64,000 bases of DNA from Paecilomyces variotii (lineage: Eukaryota). The stretch is taken from NCBI GenBank assembly GCA_004022145.1, contig RCNU01000005.1, one strand, 5' to 3'. The position numbers and the translations under genes were made by a program. The stretch's first letter is position 1, and the number at the start of each line of letters is the position of its first letter. Below, in pieces: positions 1-9,394 of the stretch. A model generated the notes under the pieces. It was not told the DNA's origin. It searched no databases and saw only the letters and a list, made by a program, of their open reading frames with translations.

Positions 1-1783
1 CTGTTCTCCTGCCAAGCTTCTAGAAGGCTTGACTTGACGCTTCGTATCATCATTACTCTTACTCGTCTCATCCTCTGAAACGCAACAACAGCAACTGCGG
101 GCCCATCATCAAAAGAAAAAAGTCGGATCTCGAGCCTCAGTAATATGGACTACTCTCCCAGGCCATTTTGACCGTCACCGCAATTCCCGTCCTTGGCCGC
201 AATAGCTGCCATTCTCAGATAACTATCTTGAGACCTGACAGGTATTGAGTACTATCAAGAACAGAGCTTGGCTGTCGAGAGGCTCGCTTACTGAAACAAC
301 TAATATAGGGAGCACTGCTGCATACAGAACTGTTTAACCATGTGAGCTTGCCGAGCGTACCTGGTTACCTGGTACGAGTGACACTTTCTTCATTATCGGC
401 GGTTTTCGGGCCTCGCTACAAGATCCCTAACGGGACATTGCCGATTGACACGCCAAGAGTTGCCACCATATTGCGGAGGTTATTACATACTCAAATGCAT
501 GTTATTACTTAATGATCCAACTACTGATTAGGTCAAGCTTTCAGCATCAACTAACTATTCATACTTGAGCCGTTTCTGACCCTCAGATCGCCTCTATATA
601 TCTCCACAATAATTCAGACGGGCGACAGAAAGAACATACGTGTCGAATCCATACCTTTCACCACGGCGCGCGTTGCCCTTAGCAGGACACCTCGATGTGG
701 TTAGTCGCTTCGATATATGTGTAGCAATCGGGAATGATGCTTTATGCGTCTGTGCAGTACAGGTTACAAGCCATCAGTATTACACAGGTTCATTATTATT
801 GGTAGGGGTGCACGCCCGGCCTGAAACAACCTCGGCCTTCAACTACGGAGTACTCCGTACCTCAGGCGCCCAATTCTCCCGTTTCCAAGCTCGAAGGGCG
901 CTTAATGACAGTCGATGAGACATCCCCTGGCAACCTTGGAAGTTCATGATCCACAGCTTCTAGAAGCGGCAGAACGTTCGGCAAACTCCGTAACTTCTCG
1001 TATAGTTACGTGGAACCCGTCAAATAATACTCCGGTCTCGGGCGAGGCGAAAAAAGCGAGGGCATTGCTCCGTGCTGGTACATATCGCCACCATGGAAAT
1101 GGGAGATAATGAGGGGCCACGGAAAAAGAAAAAGGTTCGTACCCCCATAATTCGCACTAGTGGGATGATGGGACGGGACCCCGAGCCGCTAGAAGAACCG
1201 TAGAAGGTGGAAGATGGATTTCTCTGGCCTTGGGAACGGGCCAGGCGTGACAGGGCGGCAGCGACATTCATCTGCTGTTTTTTCACTGTGGTATATTGGA
1301 AATTCCTGCTTCCCGGGTCTGGTTACCGATTACGACAAACGCCATAAGTTGCAGATGCAACGAAATACGGAATGCGCCTACAAACTGAATCCACCTCAAA
1401 GCAGTGTTCATCTGGTTAGGACGCCCGCAAAGCGACAAATCTGTTTCAGTTCGACGACGTTCAGCTTCAACTAGCATCATAACATGATTACCGTGTGTGA
1501 GACAGTAGTAAGCTACCATACAGGCGCATCTTTAGGTATGGAGGATAGCGTCAGGGACACGTGTCATGGACAAGATCGAGTTCCTTAATCCAAGGTCGAA
1601 GCTAAAGCGTCCGGTTTTATTTGACCTGAGAAAGCACAGGCAAATGGTGCGGAACAGGGATCAATAATCATATTGAACCATAAGATGATCGGTGAAGGGA
1701 TTTCCCTTGCAGCGTGGATCATAGCCAACGATCCTTCACCTGCAATGTTGGACTAGCAGTAACGGTCAACGGCGTGTCTCAAC

Positions 1784-1840
1784 GGCTTTTTATGAGAAGT
1801 TAACGGTTCTATATGCGCCGTTAACTGTTCATAAAAAGCC
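1784..1840. repeat. Inverted repeat, 23-bp arms (21/23 paired), 11-nt loop
   Basis: GGCTTTTTATGAGAAGTTAACGG ... CCGTTAACTGTTCATAAAAAGCC. Confidence 0.9.
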
Positions 1841-4059
1841 TTGTGAACCTCGATGAGATGTTCGGAAACAATTAGCGACGAGGTGGTGCGACTGCGCCTA
1901 TGGAGCATATCTTCAACTAAATGCTGCTCGCAGCTTTCCTCTCGAGAGCACAGGCGATCGGATTGTCGCTCTCTTTCGAGGTTTTGCTGAAACAGCTCCC
2001 CGACGACAAAGGGGTCCTTTGTTCATGCACTGCAATGGACATATCTCTTTGATCTTCAGCTGGTCGAGATCCTCTTCCATCCGAGCTTGCTTTTTGAGCG
2101 TCATCTCTGCCAAGGGTGAAGTGAGCCTGCGGAGAAGTATTGTCACAACGGAATCGATGCCAAAGACAAGCGTTATCTCTGCATCTTCCTCGACGATTAG
2201 TAGCGTACCAGCGTAAAGGTCCGTCCGTACTCAATAATCATCTCATCTCATCGTCTCGCTTTTTCTTACTTACACGCGAGGTAGGTGAATGATCGTCGCA
2301 ACGAGTGCGGATCCAGTGTTTCCAGAAGAAGTAACACACCCGGCTGACCTGCTGGTTATGGTAAAGCGAGTCTCTGTTTCAGAGAGGGCATAGATAGTGG
2401 TCAGTTGACTTTGTGTTCCATCGTTCTAACCTGTGCTAGTTACTAGTAAATACTAAGAGCATGCTAGCCAGCCTGGCCTAAGGCCGATGGCGCGTGCTGG
2501 TTCTCCAGATCATCTCTCGGAGTCTCGGTAGTCGGTACTGGATGCGAAACGGCTGAATATTCCGCACTGCTGAGGTGATAACGCTGCTTCAACACGCTTT
2601 AACGTACTATGGAGGTCATCAATTAACCTCCGAGTTCCTTCCAGATCTATCACATCGTGTTGGATTCGACAAGCTCACTACTGCAGATGTTCGCTTGGCC
2701 ATAATTGAAGCCAGAGATTCCAGGGTTGTTCTACAGTATTCGGTTCTGTCGGTTCACCCCCGGGTAACGCAGATCCGGTAGTTTCCTTCTATTTCCTAAC
2801 GTGCGACTGATTCTATACATGTGGATCGTGGCCTATCTCTAATTCTCTGACCGGCATACTGCAGATCCCTCGAAGATGATAAATGATTCTACGTGTCAAG
2901 TGGTTTTTTGACTCCTTATGGAATTTGACCTGAGTTATCCACCGGCAAATAAAGATCGAAGTCCCCTAGTCGTATGACGATTTGTGCGGCAGAATGCGGA
3001 GACAGTTAGTTGCAAAGATCTTCAATTCGAGACCCTGTCGCGGAGTTGCAGATCAGCACTCCTCCGGTCCACGCTTCTTTTCCTTAGATTCTCTGCATGT
3101 CTTCGGTTATTTCGCCGGTAAGTCTGACCATGGACCGATTCATTCGCCATTTCTCTGCTCGTCGAAACCCCTTCCGCCAGGATCCCCGGCTGGGTTTGTC
3201 ACGAATGCAAGTGTGTGCAACTGCATACTGCTGTCACCGGTTCTTTCTGCCTCACTTGATTTCTCCGGGCCTTCCAGCATATTGGACCCTGATTTGCTGT
3301 TCCAAAGCAACTGCTTCGAGGGTCTCGCCGTTGATGCCACCCTGCTCCGTTGTAATCGATGGCACCCATGCAAAAAGTGGTTTCTATCTTGAACGCAATA
3401 GATTATTATCTGAAAGAAGTCACCACTTTCTACTCACTTCAACAAACCTGCATCGAGATCCCGTCACTGGATCCACGTAATAGAAGACTCAACCGAAACC
3501 TCTACCCCCTTTCGATGTCCAGGTTATAGTATCCATCCTCAAGATCGGTAAGCTGAATCCTAGGCAGACGCATAGCTCAATATCCAATCTACAAGGGGAC
3601 CAGAAATCGAAATCCAGCCCCCAAATCCCGAGTGAAATGCACTACTAGAGTACTTGGGATCTCATGCATGACTAAAGCAGTAAGGTTCTTCAAGGTCCAC
3701 AGAGTATTATTATTATTATTCCGTAGACCCTTCTGACGCCCCTGTCGGGGTTCGCAAAGTCGTCAAGAAAACCCATAATAATCAGTAGCAGATAGATAAA
3801 TAGAGTTTCTTTCCTAGTTAATTTTGTGACATCTCGAATCAAGCTTCCCCCTTCCCCCTCACATCATAGATGAGATCGACGCGTGAGCTATCTATTCTCA
3901 GTTCTGGCGCTATTGACTTTCGCATTCTCCGGATGTAGTCCCCGTTGCATGTGGCTTCTTCTCCCCGCAAGCAAGGAGGCGGGCGGAGTTTTCCCCAGGG
4001 AGGGATTCTTATTACGTATGTAGTGGCTTAATACGGGTCCGCAGAAGAAACAAAAGAAA

Positions 4060-5290
4060 AAAAATTTTTTTTTTCTCTTATTGGAATAGGTACACTAGAC
4101 TCAATTATGAGTTTTCTTCTACAGGACATTGCTGTTATTATTATTATTCGGCTAGAATGCGTACGTTATATCCTCTTTTTCGAGGAATTAAATTAATTGT
4201 TCTTGAGGACGGAGACTACTGTATTTTACGTAATATAGTTATAGAACGAGCACGACATAGAGAGAGTATATATAGATATACTACGTCTTTGTAAGTATGA
4301 AACTCAATTCGTAGATTATATGGAACATTATACTGTATAATTAGGAGAGAATAATGCTTCATTATTACTAGTCTAGTAGTAACTTGTAAGGAAACACAGA
4401 AAGCGACATACTCTCTAGCTTACCTGTTATTACTACTGTAACTAGCTAATCTATTATTCTGTGAAATTCATTCCTAAAAGATTTATATAGTGCAACTGAG
4501 TAGAGTAGAACTCTGAAAAGAAAAAAAAAGCGATTAGTTTATATCTCGTGTAAACCATGCCCTAAAACTATTACCTCTCTGTTTAGCGTGGATTCGCGCA
4601 ATTTATATATAGTGTTTAATGTATATATATTTCTCTTTTATTGAGGAGATTTACTTTATACTAGAAGAAAAAATATTTATAATAGCATAAATTGGTTCAA
4701 GAGTCCTTTCTATAGCTAATAGTTCTTTAAATTATTATCCTCTGCGTGTCATTGTGAGTATATGGTCCTTGATAACATTGGGAATCCTGACGGATATAGA
4801 TTTAATATTATCTTTTAGGTTTTATCTGAAGATAAATATCATTGCTCTCTTGCGTATTAGATATGTATAATGTACTATAGTATGGGCACATGGTTAACGA
4901 AGCGATACTCTGTCTGTAAAGTCCAATTTGAGCTTTGCTTGTTTGTTCAGTCCTGGCCTGTTCATAGAAGGGATAGTCAGAAAGCGCCACCCTAGGGTAT
5001 TAAAAGCAATACTCTAGGCACAGTAGAGGTATTTCCCGGAGGATTGGTCAATGGGAATATATTAGACAGAGAATTGTCAGGGAGGTATTTTTCAAAGTTT
5101 GTCTTGCCCTTATTCGTGGATCGTTGCGAAGTAGTATTATTATGTAGTGAGATTTAATTAGAAAACGGTAACAGTCATGCGGAAAGTCAAACCCGTGTAA
5201 TTTTGAACGTATTATTTCCTGAAACTGGATCTTTATATCAGACGTCTCTGTCTCTCGCTGCATAATCGGCCTCTATAGGACTGTATCTAT
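4060..5290. other. AT-rich, TpA-rich non-coding tract
   Basis: Visibly lower GC than flanks, frequent TATA/TAG/CTA, no credible ORF. Confidence 0.6.
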
Positions 5291-6151
5291 TCCGTTCTAA
5301 TCTAAGGCGGTAGGATCAGAAGCGTAACGGCGTTTTCTTTTTGTTTTCATTGAACCGGGTCCGAGGGGCAATGCTCCCGGTAAGGGTCGTGAAAATGCCC
5401 AGGAGATGTTGAATATGTGTAGGGTATTGTCTCTGAGCGCAACGGACTCGTATAGACAATGAATGCTGAAGGTGGAAGAAAAGATGATTTCGAAGTTGAA
5501 GTCGATCGGTAGATGAGGAACGAAGAACATTTGAGGTATGAGACGATTGTACATGATGCGAATTGCAATAGGAAACAAGAAAATACGAGGTGAGAGGAGA
5601 CGGGGGAACTTTTAAACTGCATTAAACAAAATGGGGATAATTGATGAAGAAGAAGAAAACGAGAATGTTTGTCCTGTGTTGAGAAGAAGAGAAAAAAAAA
5701 AGATATCTAACTCCGATGCCCCTGGTTCCCATGGTTTTTCTTTTGCGAGACCAACTCCATGCCTTTTTGTTGAAAATCATCCCGGATTTGATGTTGAATG
5801 AACTAATCCTCACTTCGCTCCCATGTGGTATCAAGTTGTGCTCGCAGAAAAGTAAATTTATGTTGAATCTGGTTCTCTTTTTTGTCTTCTCATGTTAAAA
5901 AGTTGAGGACATGCCATGGTTGAAATGTAGGCCGAGAGAATGAAGAAAAAAGAGTCCATGCTTTGAAAGCGTAAAAAGGAAGTAAATCGTTGAGATCTTC
6001 GTTTCGTAACGCCGTAACCTTCCGAGTTACCTCGAGTGTCATTAATGTTGAATTTTTGGTCGTGATATTAAGAGTTCGTTAGTTGAAAAACGTGTCGGCG
6101 ACCAGAGCGCCGGTTGAATGGCGCTGCTTTGAATGTAATGTAGTGCTGTAA

Positions 6152-8114
6152 TTAGTTGCTCGCCTTAGGCTCTTCTGCCTTTGCCCCGTCCGCCTGAGCA
6201 TCAGCCGGGATGTCATCAGACGGCGGTACTTCAGTTTCAATGTCCTTGACGGACAGTCCGTTGAAGATGTCGAAGATATCATGGGTCTTGTGGAAGTCAT
6301 TGTTCACTAGTAGCGTGCATGTTAACGATCAGGTCGACATGGCAAAGGCTGACGTGGTTCACTTACCGATGTTGACAATGTACCAGTTGTCCATGATGCT
6401 CTGGATGAGTTTCCTGCTGGGACTCGATGGCTGGTGGCACTTGGCCCAATCTTCTCCAAGGCGATAAGCTTCGTCCTTCCAAGCCAAGAAGCTGATAGTC
6501 TCAACGATGGTCGGTTGAATGACCTCCTTCGAGGCAAAGATACCCCAAGTCACTGCGTTCGGGCTATCACTGGTGTTGGACCTCAGTTCGCCCCTCTTGC
6601 TAATACAATAGTATGTGAGGTCCTCATTCTTCTCTATACGCTCAATCACCTCGTCAATCAATCCCGGTGGGACAAGGAGCTCGAGGTACGCCTTCTGGTA
6701 GACATAGCCATTCTTGGGGCCCCAGCCATAGATTGGGTGGGAAGACTTGGCGCCGTTGACTGCAGGCTGAGAATTGATCGTCAAGAAACCACGTCTGTTC
6801 AGATCGATCAGGTCCGACTTGATGACGTCGGCCTCGGCTGTGATAGGAGCCTCACTCCATGGAAGCCTGTCGAGGTTTCCTTCGATGTAGCGAATGAAAG
6901 TCTCAGAAACGTCTTTGAGAGACTTGGGCTCCCCCCAGAGTTTGATATTCTGCTCGTTGGTACCCTTCAACCCGATACCGTAGGTATCCAGTTCACCAAA
7001 GGCAGGTGATCTGGAGTCGGTCCATCGGCCGTTTGGATACTCGTCCCATTCCTGGGTGCGGACAACATAAGAAGAATTCCTGTTTCTCCAGAAGATTGGA
7101 CGGACATCTTCTCCACGGCGACGAAGGCCCAGTGACTGGCGCCATGGAAGAGGCTTGTGTAGCGGTGTCTCTTCGGACGGAGTCAGCTTCAGCTCCTCTA
7201 GGATCATTCGAGTCGCCTGTGCAAGGTTCATGGTGTAGCTGTTCTCTATTAGCAAATACGGACCTCTCCGTCCTTTAAGCACACACTTACAAGTGCAAAT
7301 GGTAGATCCCGGAAGCCACGAGCTTCCGACACATATCCGCGACCAATTTCGTTCCTATCTCCCTCACAGCGGCATCATCGTTCTTGACAGGTTCCAAGGC
7401 TTCGAGCCACTCGGGCGGGATCCGACTCTTCGTCCAGTTTGACCGTCTGATGAATGCGGCATATGTCTGGATAGGCATGATACCCGGGATGATAGGAACA
7501 GTGATACCCTTCGCACGGCACTTTTCAACCCAATTTAGAAAATGGTCAACATCATAGAACATCTGTGTGATGATGAAGCTGCTTCCTGCATCCACCTTTT
7601 CCTTCAGGTGGTCGATCAGCAGATCCACATCGCGGTTGTCGTCGCATCCTTCTGGGTATCCGCCGACACCAATATCGAAATGGTTTCCATACTTGTCCCG
7701 AATGTACTTCACCAGGTCTTTGGCATATCGGAAGCCTCCATCCGCAGCCTCCCAGGTCTCCTTCTCTCGAGGCGGGTCGCCTCGAAGCGCCAGAATATTC
7801 GTGCAACCAGCCCTATAAGCGGCCTGCAGTGCAGCATCGATCTTCTCGCGCGGCATATCAGTGCAGGTCAGATGCATGCAGGTCTCCAAGCCATAGATGG
7901 ACTGCGCTACATTGACCATCTCACACGTCAAGTCTGATAGCCTGCCACCAGCACCCCAGGTGATATCAATGAACGCAGGACCCCACGAGTGCATGCGGTC
8001 CATCCTGTCGTAGAGATTCTGCACACCTTGCGCCGTCTTCGGAGGGAAGAATTCGAAAGAAATGCCGGGCCTGCCAGAGGCCTTTTCTTCGGCGAGCTTG
8101 TCCTTGATATGCAT
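6152..8114 (-). CDS. MET13: Methylenetetrahydrofolate reductase (MTHFR, Met13/MetF type), 3 exons
   Basis: N-terminal SFEFFPPKT, ITWGAGG, HLTCT, LALRGDPP, TQMFYD motifs and C-terminal regulatory domain (RPIFW, WDEYPNGRW, TINSQP, NAVTWG). Intron 7290-7239 joins HF|YTMN, intron 6366-6307 joins NI|VNND; stop TAA at 6154-6152. Confidence 0.96.
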
Positions 8115-8133
8115 TTTGTCTTATTTCGGCACG

Positions 8134-8524
8134 CTGTGAGACAACCATCCTGTCAGCTCTTCTATCCAAGCTTTGCACTTCCGACCACCAGATATTCCAC
8201 TGCTGCAAGCAGCCCTGCATCAAGGCGATACGTACAGAGAACTCGTCGCTTGCTTGATTCCGACTCGGCCTCTCTTTCAATGTCCCTCACAACTCCGCGG
8301 GCGTTGCAAATTATCTTCTGTACGGGGTCTCAACTAAAATATCGTCTCCGACCTCGGAGGTCTGCCAATTCCTGCAGTATGAACTGTAGGTAGAACCCGT
8401 GTTCTTCCCCTGGAGATACAGGCCAGAAGACAAAAACTAGAAGAACGATAGAAAGATGAAAAGATCGACAAAGGGCTTGTTGAAGCGCCGGTGAGTTTGT
8501 GTTCAGCCCCTCACGCCAGCTTAC
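8134..8524 (-). promoter_or_regulatory. Probable 391-nt 5'UTR intron of MTHFR containing two upstream AUGs
   Basis: Minus-strand donor GTAAGC at 8524, branch GCTGAC at 8158-8153, acceptor CTCACAG ending 8134, 19 nt before the ATG; CT-rich tract upstream at about 8645-8710. Confidence 0.6.
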
Positions 8525-9394
8525 TGCGGTCTGCGGTGGCAGAGTTTCCGGAAGATCTGACCGTCGGCGTGGCGTTTCTAATTGTAAATCGTCACCGCCA
8601 GTGTAGCAGGAGGCGCAAGGCAACAAAAAAGCAGCAGCTCTACCAAAGGAAGAGGATGAGGAGGAAAGAGGACAAAGAGAAAGGGGAGGAGAAGTACCGT
8701 GGGGGAGAATGAATGTCGCAATGCCATTTCTTTTTGGTCTAAGCTTCTCCGACCCGCGAGCATCTCCGCCGCTGCCCCTCATGCAAAAGTCTGTCTTTGT
8801 TTTCTTCCTCTGAGAGAGAGTCTGGTCAAAATAATCCCACTTAATGTGCTCTAACTTATATTTCTATCTCAATTGATATCTGACACTTTGTCTGAATCTA
8901 CTTGCCTGCCACTCTTTTGGAATTCATAAATAACGTCATTTGATATGCCTTGGTTAGCAATCTCTATATATTATTCCAGTGAAGACTTCATCAGAATTGG
9001 ATCTGGAAAGTGTACCATATATTCTTGTCCATGTCAGATCAGGGGAGACCAAATAGGGCATTCGCTTTCTGGTCCAGAGGGTTATGATACATGTGTATAT
9101 AGGAGACACTTTGTTCTTCAGGCGAGTTGTGCATCTAACAGGCCAGTCCATATTTTATAGTCTACAAACAGAAAGAGGAAGCTGAACATCTAAATAATGC
9201 CTCTTCAGAGGCAGCAGAATCCTGTTTCTAATAATGGTTACGTGTATCTAAAGCAATCGCTGCTAGCGTAAGAATATTGAACTTGGAGTTAGGGGAATAC
9301 CCAGGCCGTTGTGGAGTTACCACAACATATAAACAGGCAATCCTGTTATGACAATGTGCGCCGACAATGCAATGGAACCCTCTCATAACCTTCA

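Noticed and set aside
6079-6300. ORF-track 73-aa ORF as the last MTHFR exon
   Set aside because: Splice phase places the true last exon in another frame (VNNDFHKTHDIF...ASN*), ending at 6152.
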